Assembly (NCBI GenBank): GCA_951406725.2
Contig: OX597816.1
Coordinates: 165,788,001 to 165,852,000 of the forward strand
Reading direction: 5' to 3'
DNA: 64,000 nt
Source: Octopus vulgaris
Taxonomy: Eukaryota
Positions within the stretch are counted from its first letter, which is position 1; each line of letters begins with the position of its first letter. The notes beneath the pieces are model-generated. The model had not been told where the DNA came from and did no database searches. It was given only the letters and a program-made list of their open reading frames with translations. The position numbers and the translations under genes were made by a program. This document shows, in pieces, positions 13,140 to 26,020 of this stretch.

Positions 13140-14518
13140 ACACTCTCACACACATATTTACACTCACACACACACACACACTCACACACACACATACACA
13201 CATACACTCACACTCATACACACACACACTCACACACATACACTCACACATACAAACTCACACACACACATACTCACACACACACACTCACATTCACACA
13301 CACACTCACACACACTCACACTCACACACACACTCACATTCATATACACACACACACTCACACACACACACACACACTGCGGATTTAGACACTAGTATAT
13401 TTACATACATTAATATACTAAATATCACATAATTATATCTAATTAGCATACTAAAACAGTAACTTGGTTGTACAACATTAAACATTCATTCATCCATACA
13501 CTCATATATATATTCAATGATAAGCAAAAGTAGGTATACAGTCACTTAATATGAGTGGCGTGATTTTTACCATTTTTCTATTTCTTTTTTAGGATAAGAA
13601 TTCTACGATTGAAATATTATTATTTCTAAATCTCTCAAAGAGAGACATTCAGTAACAGTTCTTTAAAGTAAAGGCTATTTGCCAACATAATGTGGCTGTC
13701 CTGAAAGGGACGATGTTACTGTTGTTTTAGCCCCCCCAAAAACATTATTTCTAGCTGGCTATACGGCACACTATCTGTATCCTTAGATTTTCGAACAGGG
13801 AGTTCAGTATCCCTATCAAGTGATAAACAACATCTGTGGACTAGTTTCTGGGTTATTGCCCTTTATCAACACAGAATCGCTGCTTTGGCCTGATGGCACT
13901 GCTGAATTCACCGTTCGAACATATAGTTTTCAAAGTGACACACAGTCACTATGATTATAAGTTCTTATAAACCAATTCTTTTTGTAATAAAATAATTATT
14001 TTTGCTTTCAGATATTGGTTACATGGCTGGAAATTTTATCGACGATAAACAAAAGTGAATCATCAAACAGAACTGGAAAACAGAGAATGCAGAAATGGTT
14101 AGACGGAAATGAACTGAAGAATTTCAAAGAGCAGCTCCGTCAAGATTAACAGTTTACAAACTGGGTCCATCTGCAATGCAAAGAAAAGTTGTCGACCGGT
14201 CAGCGTTACCTCAGTATAAAATTAAATGCTTGTGGCTGAAGCATTCACCCAAAGTCCCCAGAAACCCCCAAAAGGGCTTTTCAAGGAACTAGGAATTTCT
14301 CGCAGATCCCTTTGTCGACTTGTGAATCGCTTAGGTTAAGAAAGAAATAAGGAAATAAGTTGGATAACAGATCGATGCTAAAATCAATCAATTAGTGTCT
14401 GGCTTTGATGCAAAGTAAATATTGTAGAAATGACAACAATCCCATCTAGTTGCTTGAGGCTGGATTGGTAGAAACATTGAAGCATTTTCGATAACCGACT
14501 CTAATACTAACACAGCAT
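12906..14518 (+). repeat. 159-bp direct repeat pair (12906-13064 and 14360-14518)
   Basis: Three mismatches seen by eye; both copies run into (CA)n. Confidence 0.9.
14020..14340 (+). pseudogene. Tc1/mariner-superfamily transposase N-terminal HTH remnant
   Basis: Disrupted frames WKTENAEMVRRK*TEEFQRAAPSRLTVYKL, AEAFTQSPQK and ELGISRRSL. Confidence 0.5.
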
Positions 14519-14750
14519 CGCACATACATACACACACACACACCGCGACTGTATATCTACTTTTGCCCATGCCTTATATACGTAAATTAAAGTATATAAC
14601 ACAGTGGTTCCTAACAGTGGTTCCCGACCCTTTTATTGAAAAGATTTTTCTCACGGATCCCGTTTAATATGCTTATCCTGTAGTACCACAGTATGGTTCC
14701 AGTCCAATCACTAAAACAAGAAAAGAGGCAAAAAACACAAGTAAGCATGT

Positions 14751-14788
<38 letters not shown>

Positions 14789-15001
14789 ATATTCTGTTAT
14801 TGTTTTGTTTTAGTCATTAGAGTAAGGCCATGCTGGAGCACCTTCTTCAGTCAAATCAAACCCTGTACTTATTCTTTTAGAGGCTGGTACATATTCTATC
14901 GCCTCTATTTGCCAACCTACTATTTATTGGCGATGCAATGACAGTAATACCGGTTATTAAGCATTAAGTGTATGCAGATACATACATATACACATACACA
15001 C

Positions 15002-15047
<46 letters not shown>

Positions 15048-15121
15048 GCATACATATACATACATGTATATACATATATATATATATATATATACATGAA
15101 TATATATATGTATGTGTGTGT

Positions 15122-15194
<73 letters not shown>

Positions 15195-15195
15195 T

Positions 15196-15246
<51 letters not shown>

Positions 15247-16277
15247 GATACATACGTACAGACAGACAAACAGGCAGACACACAGGCAGGCAGACAGGCA
15301 GGCAGCCAGACAGAATGGCAGACGAACAGACAGACTGGCAGGCAGCTAGACAGAATGGCAGACAGACAGACAGACTGACAGGCAGGCAGATAGACAGACA
15401 GATAGACAGGCAGATAGATAGATAGATAGATAGATAGAAAGAAGCATGTATCTATGTTTGTATGTGTATATGTGTGTTAGAAAAAGGGCCGAGTGAGGGC
15501 TAAAGAGGGTAAAAGAAGGAGAGAGAGACGCGAGGGAGGGAGGAAGAGAGTTAAACAGAGAGAGAAAAGAGAGGTGAGGGAGGGAAAAGCGGGAGAGAGA
15601 GAGACAGACAGACAGACAGAGATAGAGACAGAGACAGAACCAGAGACAGAGATAGAGAATATGTAATGGAAATTTCTGGCGTCGATTTCAAGTTACAAGT
15701 CACCGTTAGCAGGCGGCAAACGAACTTGTTTTTCTCTTCTGTAGTATGTAGCAGCAATAGAATAGCTGAGTAAATCGAAAATCGATATTTGTCAATCTGT
15801 CACCTACCACCTACTGCATGTAGTTACAGCATGTACTTTGCGACACATGCATGTTGCTAGTTCAATCCTGGATACTGTCAGGGCGCCACACGAAAGTATC
15901 TGAATTTATTGATTCTATTGATTTTGAAACTTGTTTCACCACTGCATCTATTCATTTCTTATCAACATCCTGGAGTCTGTTTTCCTAAATATCTGTGGCA
16001 TAAGCGTAAAGCTGGAAAAAAATAATAATAAAGCATAAACGATAAAAGGAAAATAAAATCAGGAGTGGCTCTAAGTTAGCTTTCCAACCCCATAGTTCCG
16101 GGTTCAGTTCCAATGCAGGGTACCTCACGCATGACGTCTTCTACTATAGTCTCGGGCCGCCCAAAGCCTTGCGAATGGATTTGGTAAACGGAATCCGAAA
16201 GAAACCCGTTGTGTATATATCTATATACATAAAACTGAGAATGTGTGTCTGTGTATCTGTCTGTCTGTCTGTTTGTG

Positions 16278-16309
<32 letters not shown>

Positions 16310-17472
16310 TGTATGTATGTATGTATGTATGTATGTATGTATGTATGTATGTATGTATGTATGTATGTATGTATGTATGTATGTGTGCATCATTAAAACT
16401 CGAGAACTACCCAACCGATTTCATTGACATTTTACACATACACTATGAATGAAAAAAGTAAAATAAAAAAGAAACGGGAAATAAAGAATATATATAATAA
16501 AGAAACTCAGAAATTGTGATTTTCGATTTCTTGTTCATCTTCAAGTTCTCCTTCAGTTTCTCCTTGAAACCGAACGTACATATAAGTATATGACATCTGT
16601 TTCCTAACAGCAACATTAATAGAGTTCAGCACATCTCTCGGTATAGTTTTGATCTTAATTGCACATATATCATCCGAAGTGCACAAGGGATATAAGAACT
16701 CACCAAAATCCCATGCAAGCTTAGCTAAACATGAAAAATATCTTATAATCAAGGACGAGCTGCTGTTTATAATAAACATAAGGATATATTGTTCATAGTG
16801 GGAGAGTTCACGAAAAAAACAACAACAAAAGACGAAGACAGGTGGTGTACAAAACAAACAGATGTATTAGTATAACGCTCAGGAATAGAAAAAGTCTTTT
16901 ATGTTTCGAGCCTAAGCTCTTCTACAGAAAGAGACACAGAGAAAAAAAAAAACAAGGAGAGAAAAAAATGTGTGTAGGGGCTATAATGGTGTGGCTGACT
17001 ACCGACAGTTCTTGGCAACAGACTGATTTCTGGTACAACTACATGCTGACATTAAGGTCAAAGACTTGGGTGACAAAGGCAAATCTGGAGCGGTGCTGCT
17101 GCCACGCACACTGACATCTTGAGTTGCGTTTAAGAACGATTATCTCGACATAATGTCATTCAGTCACTAAAACACCATTCTAATCTAGGACCCACAAACG
17201 CACTGTCACTTTCTACTATTCTTGTCCAATTTCAAGAGAAATCGCTACTAGTTACTTTTGAAGTCTTCTTGAAGTAGTCAGGTGCCAGTATAATTGGAAA
17301 AATAACAATGTAGCTATTAATAAGAAATGTTGAAATTAATGCAATCAAGATTTCACAGCTCTAACACCACTCCTTCATAGCCAGCCTACGTGTTTTAGTG
17401 ATTAGACTGCGGCCATTCTGGGGCACCATATAGAAAACTTTTAGTCGAACGAATCGATACCAACAATTTGAA

Positions 17473-17699
17473 TTGGGTTGTCCGGAAAGTTCGTGCCGAT
17501 TTATAGTAGCTTACCTTTCGACGTATCCTCCCAGGCACCTCAGTTTTGGGAAGAGGGTATTTTCAAGTAAATGGAAAAATGGTGACGCATTGTGCAACAA
17601 AATGGTTCATATTTGGTTGATTAAAAATGTAATGGCGAGTATTTATTGACCCTTTTCTTTCCTTTAAAAATCGGCACGAACTTTCCAGACAACCCAGTA
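17473..17699 (+). mobile_element. Mariner-derived MITE / internal deletion derivative
   Basis: ~29-bp TIRs TGGGTTGTCCGGAAAGTTCGTGCCGATTT and AAATCGGCACGAACTTTCCAGACAACCCA; transposase C-terminus EEGIFK*MEKW*RIVQQNGSYL inside. Confidence 0.85.
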
Positions 17700-18071
17700 T
17701 TAAACCCATATATACCACCTGGTTGCGTTTTCGCAACGCAAAACCTATTCCTACATGTTTGGGTATAAACTCGCCGGGAAGCATCTGACTGACCATACGA
17801 AATGTTCAGTAGGTAGTTGACACCCATAGCTAACAGTTGCATACTGTCCTTCTCTTCCAGATTGTAAAAGCTTACCATAACGTTTAATCTAAATACAGTG
17901 AATTTTTTTATGGCATATATGGATTAAGCATGGTATTTATTCTACCGGTCTCTTTTGTCGAACCACTAGGTTACGGGGACGTAACCAGACCAACACTAGT
18001 TGTCAAGCAATGTTGTAGGGAACACATACACACACACACACACACACATACCGGCACTCATATATATATAT

Positions 18072-18384
18072 ATCACCGTGATCGCCATGACCGATCAGGC
18101 TATCAGATGCTGCTACACATCGCTGGTCACAATGCCCTTCGCATTGTTTTCGCCTTCAAATGACGCCACCCCGCTGGCTAAGCGAGCAGGCCAACAGAAG
18201 AAAAAGTGAGAGAAAGTTGTGGCGAAAGAGTACAGCAGGGATTGCCACTCCCCACTGCCGTAACCTCGTGGAGCTTTAGGCGTTTTCGCTCAATAAACAC
18301 TCACAATGCCCGGTCTGGGAATCGAAACAGGGATCCTACGACCGCGAATCGGCTGCCCTAACCACTGGGCCATTGCGCCTCCAC
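18072..18384 (-). mobile_element. SINE with family C head and alternative tail (C2)
   Basis: Head GTGGAGGCGCAATGGCCCAGTGGTTAGGGC; collinear with 56507-56819. Confidence 0.85.
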
Positions 18385-18458
18385 ACCCACACACACACAC
18401 ATACATACATACACATGCATGCACATGCACACACAGACATAGATATATATGTATGTAT

Positions 18459-18713
18459 AAAAGGATTTATTCAAATTACTATAGCACACATGATTCAATA
18501 ATGGTCTTAGAATATGTTCACATAATATATAGCCATTATTTCTTCACTAATTAAAATTGAAATAAATGTAAAAAAAAAAAAATGAAGTAAAGTATAGCCT
18601 AAGCTTTTTTAAGAATATTTATTTAGCAGAATAAATTATGGATATTCATCATATCAACGTATAAGTCCATTATTGAATCATATATACAATAGTAATTTGA
18701 ATAAATCCTTTTA
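18459..18713. repeat. Imperfect fold-back inverted repeat
   Basis: AAAAGGATTTATTCAAATTACTAT...ATGATTCAATAATGG versus CCATTATTGAATCAT...ATAGTAATTTGAATAAATCCTTTT. Confidence 0.85.
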
Positions 18714-19538
18714 AATATTATATTACTCTATTGATTTTTTTACAATGTAAACTGATTAAGTAGAATGTTTTACTTTTTTCGTAATTCACATCTCTTCAGA
18801 ATTGAATTTCCAAGTTACGGTTTACTGTTTGTGTCTTAAAACATTTTGAGACATCTTTTCATCAAAATTTATACTATATGTATATATAAGAATGTATGTA
18901 TATATGCCATTATTCAGTTTTTTTTTCAAGATTTTATGTCAATAGAGAAAGAGTCGGTTTCTAACCTAGATCAAAGACTCCTTCATCGGAATTTCAGCAT
19001 CAACAACAGGATACTTTTGTATGTATGTATGTATGTATGTATGTATGTATGTATGTATGTATGTATGTATGTATGTATGTATGTATGATTGCATGTATGT
19101 ATGTATGTATGTATGTATTACAGGGATATGTATGTATGTAGATAGATCTATCTCTCTCTTCTAGCTTTTCTCTTTTCAAAGAAAATATTTCTCCCAGCGT
19201 TCACCATTTTCCTCTCATTCTGGTCTAACAACCCTTCATGTTTGTTTTCGTTCAGTTTCCTTGTATGTCTCCACTGTCCTGTTTTTGTTCCCAACTTTGA
19301 CACTCCATAAATCCAAAATTATAATTTGGAATTTATTGGAGCAACTGTCTTCGAAGACTCATATTGTCGTTGAATGCTCGAAAGGAGGAGTAGATAGACA
19401 GCCGACAATTGATGAAGGTTCGTTCTTTGTGCTACTTGTCCTGTTTTCTATTTTCTTTCTCGCTGTTTGAGTACTTAACTCATTTGTTTTCGTACATCAT
19501 GTTGTTTATACAGTTGGTGACATCATGTACCTATATAT

Positions 19539-19600
<62 letters not shown>

Positions 19601-19654
19601 TTATATATATACTATGTATAATATTATTTAATTGAAAGCCACGCATCCATTTCC

Positions 19655-19751
<97 letters not shown>

Positions 19752-19941
19752 GGATTAACAGAGTGGGCCGGAGTGATCGTCCCGGAGGAGACTAAATGAG
19801 GTTGAACCATCGGTATCTGATGATCTGGCAACGGAGTTCTGGGAGAGTTCCAAGTCTCCGTGCATACGCACATGCATGCTTACGCATGTACAAGCACTGT
19901 TGGATGACCGTTGACTGCTCATGACCTCTTCGGCTCTTCTA

Positions 19942-19980
<39 letters not shown>

Positions 19981-19998
19981 CACATACATACACACACA

Positions 19999-20075
<77 letters not shown>

Positions 20076-20077
<2 letters not shown>

Positions 20078-20700
20078 TTTCATCATCCTTGTGGCTATGG
20101 CGAAAGAATGTATCTGGTGGACGCGTCTGAAAGGATTGGAGACAAACACTTTCCTCTCTGGTCAATCTCTCATCAACTTCTTCAAGTACCACTTGAAAAG
20201 GAAAGTGAGAGTAGAGAGGCAAGTTTTGTCTAGCGAATGTTTTAAAAAATGATGGGTGAATGTAGCAAGAATGGCACGTATGAATGACGAAGCCACCTTG
20301 AGCATGATCCTATGAACCCAGAAATTGAAAACAGAGAGTTGCTTATTTGCAAAAAAAAAAAAAGGAAATATAACATGTGACTCCATTGACCGAGGTTACC
20401 GTGGTCTTTTCCGTAGGCTTTTCTTTCCACGGGTAAACCTCACCTGTCCTCCCCTTTACACTTCATATTGACATTTCTGTGATAACGATCCCTATTGATC
20501 AATTTTTTTTTTCCTCTCCCCCTTTTTTAACCCCCCTTTTTTTAACCCCCTTTTTTTGTCCTCTTTCTCTCCTTTTACGATCCCTTTTGATCGAAACTCC
20601 CCCTTCCTTTTTTTTTTTTTTTTAAACCTTCAAAAGAAAAGCTCTACCTTGTAATTTGTTCTATCTGTGTGCAGCCCTGTGTGGCTAATAAAGAAACATA
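20076..20700 (+). mobile_element. 5'-truncated L1/Tx1-like LINE 3' end inside (TATC)n
   Basis: ORF end FIILVAMAKECIWWTR...W motif like L1-clade ORF2 C-termini; pyrimidine-rich 3' UTR; AATAAA just before the microsatellite resumes. Confidence 0.55.
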
Positions 20701-20711
20701 TCTATCTATAT

Positions 20712-20756
<45 letters not shown>

Positions 20757-21057
20757 GTATGCATATATTTATGTGTGCCTGTGTCTATGTTCCCACCCAT
20801 TGCTTAGCAACCGATGTCGGTGTGTTTACGTCCCTGTAACTTAGCAATTCGCAAAAGAAACAGATAGAATAAGTACTTCGATTAAAAGCCCAATGAGGCG
20901 GTGCTCCAGCATATCCGCAGTCAAATGACTGAAACAAATAAAAGAATAAAAGAAAATACACACACACACACACATTTATATATAAAGAGAGAGAGAGGGA
21001 AAGAAAGAAAGATAGACAGACAGACATACAAATAGATAGATAGGTAGATAGATAGAT

Positions 21058-21140
<83 letters not shown>

Positions 21141-21320
21141 GACATAAAATAACTTATTGCATGAGACACTTACTGTCATTTGCACAGTGATATAAATCTA
21201 TTTTCAAACTCGAAATAATGATGAGAATATTTTCTGCTTGTATACACTCAATTATTGGAACTCTACAGCTGACATTCTGTCCATCTTAATTCATTGATAC
21301 ATTCTAAATTCACACCAAAC

Positions 21321-21383
21321 TGTTCTGTGCTGATAATATCTTTAGATTTGGTGTGTATATATATATATAATACTTTATATTTG

Positions 21384-21427
<44 letters not shown>

Positions 21428-21467
21428 CAAATCTAAAGATAATATCAGCATAATATAGCACAGAACA
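21321..21467. repeat. Inverted repeat flanking a (TA)n core
   Basis: TGTTCTGTGCTGATAATATCTTTAGATTTGGTGTG versus CACACCAAATCTAAAGATAATATCAGCA...GCACAGAACA. Confidence 0.85.
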
Positions 21468-21816
21468 ATGTTTGGTGCGAATAGGAAATGTGTTAATGAA
21501 TGTATATATGTGCGTATATATAAGTATATACATGTACATACACACAGACGCACACTAACACATACATATATTTTTTGTTTTTTTATCTCGCCTCACACAC
21601 ACATACACACACGCACACGCACACACTCACACATACACACACATCTGTTGCGTTACCAACCCTGTCTCCACTCTTTTGGCTTTAAAAACCTACTTTGCTC
21701 TTGTTATCGTAAACTTCCGCCTTTCACCATGTGTACTTCGTAAACACCAGTCGTTTTTTTCTCCATCTCCTGTTGCCCGCTTCTGGGATCTTTCTTTCCT
21801 CTCTCTTCCTTCTTTA

Positions 21817-21853
21817 TGTTTCCGACGAAGAGCTCCGCTCGAAACGTCATACC
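21817..21853 (+). ncRNA. Minimal HHR-like motif, CCGACGA (U4C) core
   Basis: tgttt-CCGACGA-A-GAGC-ucc-GCUC-GAAAC-GUC; second copy at 38027-38063. Confidence 0.5.
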
Positions 21854-21970
21854 TTCCTGCTTCCATATTTCCTGAGCGCCTATTAATAATAATACTGTAA
21901 TTGTTCCACTGTTGTTGTTTTTTTGTTTTCCCGTTTGGATTAAAATTGTACATATATGTATGTATATATA

Positions 21971-22418
21971 TAGGGTGCGATGAGTAAATTGTCGCCATTA
22001 TATATTTTTTTTATTTCGCCCATGTGCATTGTTTGTTTTTGATTTTGTCGACTACACAGTATAGTAGGGTCAGTTGGGCATTGTCTGTGAGATAAACAGA
22101 ACCATGACGCAAGTAACTCTGCCAGAAATTTTGTAACGACATGCTGTACTGCTTGGCATTCGCGTCGCAAGCTCCAATACGAACATTTCATAGTGTTTGG
22201 GTGTCGATCTGAGGACATATACCAGAAGTAATAGAAATCAAACATCCAATCAACATCATGGTATTTGGAGTGATCACTAGTGATGGCGACCTTATTCCTC
22301 CATTCATCTTCCTGCACGGCCTCAGACTCAACACGGAGTCTGTTTGTCTGTCTGTCAGTCAGTCTGTGTGTCTATCTATCTATATATCTTTCTTCCCCCC
22401 TCTCTTTCTATATATATA

Positions 22419-22449
<31 letters not shown>

Positions 22450-23029
22450 ATGTATGTATGTATGTATGTATGTATGTATGTATGTATATATATATATATT
22501 TTTTTTCTTTTATTCTTTTATCAAATGCCTGGAGGAGGTAATGCTGCCCTGGGTCAAGAGAGTGGCTGCTAGAACACACCCACGTCTGGCAACAGGACTC
22601 TGAACCACACCACAGAAGCAGGAGAACCCAGTCGTGGCTGTCAGACAATTTCTGCAACCACATCATCCCTTACATCAAGACAACTAATTCCCCAGACTGA
22701 AACCCCCTTCCCCTGATTATTATGTGTGGGACACATTTGAGCAAGAGACCAACAAAACTCCTTGTTACACCAAAGATGAATTGAAGGCAAGGATTATGGC
22801 AACATTCACCAACTTAAACAAGGAGACCGCCCAGAAGAGTTGCAGGAGATTCCAAAGTTGTCAGAAGGCCGTGGTAGAAGCCAATGGCGATTTTATTCAA
22901 TAAATTTACTCTTAAGTATTTCAAGAAATTTTTATGTAATTTTGGTAAAAATTTCTGTTAAAATGAGATGTGAGCGTTATTTTCGTCGTTTTTGCGTAAC
23001 TTTGACGACAATTTATCCACCGCACTCTG
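21971..23029 (+). mobile_element. Decayed Tc1/mariner-superfamily element (maT/DD37D-like) with microsatellite insertion
   Basis: TIRs AGGGTGCGATGAGTAAATTGTCG and CGACAATTTATCCACCGCACTCTG; peptides IMVFGVITSDG, WQQDS and NSPD*NP..DYYVW. Confidence 0.75.
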
Positions 23030-23857
23030 TATGTATGTATATATATATATATATATATATGTAACGCGCATACACACACACACTCATACATATGTGTGTA
23101 CACCCACATGTTTGCATATCTGGAAACTGCCTGTTGTATAAAATATATGAGAAACTACGACAATCATTTATACACACATACACACACGCAAATACACCCT
23201 CACGCACACACAAAAACGTATACATATACATAAACACACGCAAATATGCGTGTGTGATTGTGTGTGCTTGTACCTGTATGTATATCTCTGATGTCTGTAT
23301 TTTGATACCCGGCACGAATCAACAGGATACAGCTAACGCTTTTCCGATATTCGGATGGCTTCCAGTCTTCCATGTCCGATAACTTTCTCTCAGCTACAAT
23401 TGTAATCTTATACTCTCCGATGTATACCAACATATCAAGTTGTGCCTGAAATAAATAAAAAAAATCGAAGGAGAATAAAACCCGTCAAAATTAGCACGAA
23501 TACACTTTACATATATGTACTCACGCACAGATATATGTGCGTGCACATATCTGCACCAATACACGTAACAGTTGCACGCATATATGCACACACACACATA
23601 CACACAGACACACACACAGACACACGATGTGAAATTGTAGTAGTATAAAAGCAATGTACCCCAAAATTTCATAAATCGAATTTAGTAGAAAACAACTGGA
23701 TGACTCCAGCCCAACGGCCCTCAGATTGCACAATCTGTGTGATGGTTGTTTTCTACCTGGTTACCAATACCACTTGCCGCATCAGTCATCATAATTGCAG
23801 TAGAGGCTACAGCTACCCACCGCGTGCTTCTATCAACACAATATTATAGAGGTCAAG

Positions 23858-24252
23858 GGCGGCGAGCTGGCAGAAACGTTAGCACACCGGACAAAATGCG
23901 TAGCCGTATTTCGTCTGCCGTTACGTTCTGAGTTCAAATTCCGCCGAGGTCGACTTTGCCTTTCATCCTTTCAGGGTAGATTAAATAAGTACCACTTACG
24001 CACTGGGGTCGATGTAATCGATTTAATCCGTTTGTCTGTCCTTGTTTGTCCCCTCTGTGTTTAGCCCCTTGTGGGTAGTAAAGAAATAGGTATTTCGTCT
24101 GCCGTTACGTTCGGAGTTCAAATTCCCCCGAGGTCGACTTTGCCTTTCATCCTTTCGGGGTCGATTAAATAAGTATCAGTTACGCACAGGGATCGATGTA
24201 ATCGATTTAATCCGTTTGTCTGTACTTGTTTGTCCCCTCGATGTTTATCCCC
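23858..24252 (+). mobile_element. SINE family B, head-to-tail dimer
   Basis: Second unit restarts at GTATTTCGTCTGCC after AAAGAAATAG (~24090). Confidence 0.85.
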
Positions 24253-24451
24253 AAACAAATATGAAGGGGAAGGTGCGTGACTTCGTGGTCAGACCAGCCG
24301 TTCTCAACCACTTTTCACCTAGGGAGCCCTTTGATCCCTATTTTATTCAGGCGAACCATTATAACCATTCCCTGCTTTAAAAAATCCTATTATATTTTTA
24401 TAAGAATTGTTAAAATGTTTTGTGCATTCTAGAAGTATAACCAATTTCATT

Positions 24452-24681
24452 TTTTATTCTTTCACTTGTTTCAGTCATTTGACTGTGGCCATGCTGGAGC
24501 ACCGCCTTTAGTCGAACATATCGACCCCAGTACTTATTCTTTGTAAGCCTAGTACTTATTCTATCGGTCTATTTTGCCGAACCGTTTAACTATGGGGACG
24601 TAAACACATCACCATCGTTTTCAAGCGATGGTGGGGAGGGACAAACACAGACACAAATATATACATACATACATACATACC

Positions 24682-24743
<62 letters not shown>

Positions 24744-24913
24744 TATATACGACGGGTTTTTTTCAATTTTCGCCTCCCAAATCCACTCACAAGAGTTTGG
24801 TCGGCCCAAGTCTATTGTAGAAGACACTTGCCCAAGATGTCACGCAGTGAGACTGAACCCGGAACCATGTAGTTAGGAAGCAAGCTTCTTACAACACATC
24901 CGTTCCCGCGCCT
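24452..24913 (-). mobile_element. SINE family A
   Basis: Collinear with 61-436. Confidence 0.85.
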
Positions 24914-25124
24914 AATTTATTGCAAATATACTTTCACAAAATCTTATGTTGTAACTCATTGGGTTAGACTGTTGCTCTGACGATCGTATCACTCTGGTTT
25001 CAATTCCCAATGCCAATAGCCCTGTGGTGTGCTATGATTTTTAGCAAAACACTTCGTTTCACGTTGTTCCATTCAATCAGAGGTAAATGAGTCCTAGTAA
25101 AGTTTGTGTATGCGCATGCAAGTG

Positions 25125-25157
<33 letters not shown>

Positions 25158-25679
25158 ACAGAACAATCCAACATCACTACGAGACCGGCGGTGAGATGTT
25201 GTAATTTCCATCACTTATATGCAAGGGAAGTGTTTTGCTCAAGAACACAACGCAGCGCCCAGTCCAGGAATTGAAACCATAATCTTACGATCATGGGGAC
25301 CAACACCCTAACCAATAAACTACACGCCTTCACTTCCTTTCGCGTTGCCCCAGTCCTCTCAGTCAATGAAAGCGATTAATCCTGCGAGGGAGTATCATCC
25401 GGTCCAGGAAGGAATATATCCGCCAACGAAACTGGGAAACCATCCATTCGCTCCTCGGAGAGTAATGTGAACTAACCATAGGCCATGGAAACCGGATAAA
25501 TATCCGGCCGTATGAGGCCTGGAGCTCATGACACACCATGTTGAAAGTTCTTCGGTGGAGGTCACTATCAGCGATTGTAGACTATGATTTTGCATTTGTA
25601 TGTATTCTGTAATACAGTATAGCGTTGAAACAAAGCACTGTTAATGCATGAACCATCATGATTTAATATTGGTTTCAAA

Positions 25680-25870
25680 ATTGGCACAAGGGAGTAATTT
25701 CGAGGGAGGGGGTACGTCGATTACAACAGCCCCAGTATTTAACTAGTTCTTATTTTTATCGACTTCGAAAGGATGAAAGGAAAATTAGATCGCGGCGGAA
25801 TTTGAACTCAGAACATAAAAGCGGACGAGATGCCGCGATGCATTTTCCCGGCATGCTAACGATTCTGCCT
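25680..25870 (-). mobile_element. SINE family B, diverged
   Basis: GAAAGGATGAAAGG...GCGGAATTTGAACTCAGAAC match. Confidence 0.7.
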
Positions 25871-25963
25871 TATATCTTTATTTAATAACAGCCGATAAAA
25901 ATGTTGGTTGGTTGGTTGGCTGGTTGATAACTCCTGTCAAGGTTTACATCATATATTGAAAGG

Positions 25964-26020
<57 letters not shown>

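Noticed and set aside
19345-19420. Possible HHR (CTGTCT-TCGAAGA...ATGCTCGAAA...AGACAG)
   Set aside because: Core and stem III too degenerate to call without a family consensus
19755-19940. GC-richer island between (GATA)n and (CA)n as an exon
   Set aside because: No splice signals or recognisable domain; possibly a retroelement 5' fragment but not assignable by eye
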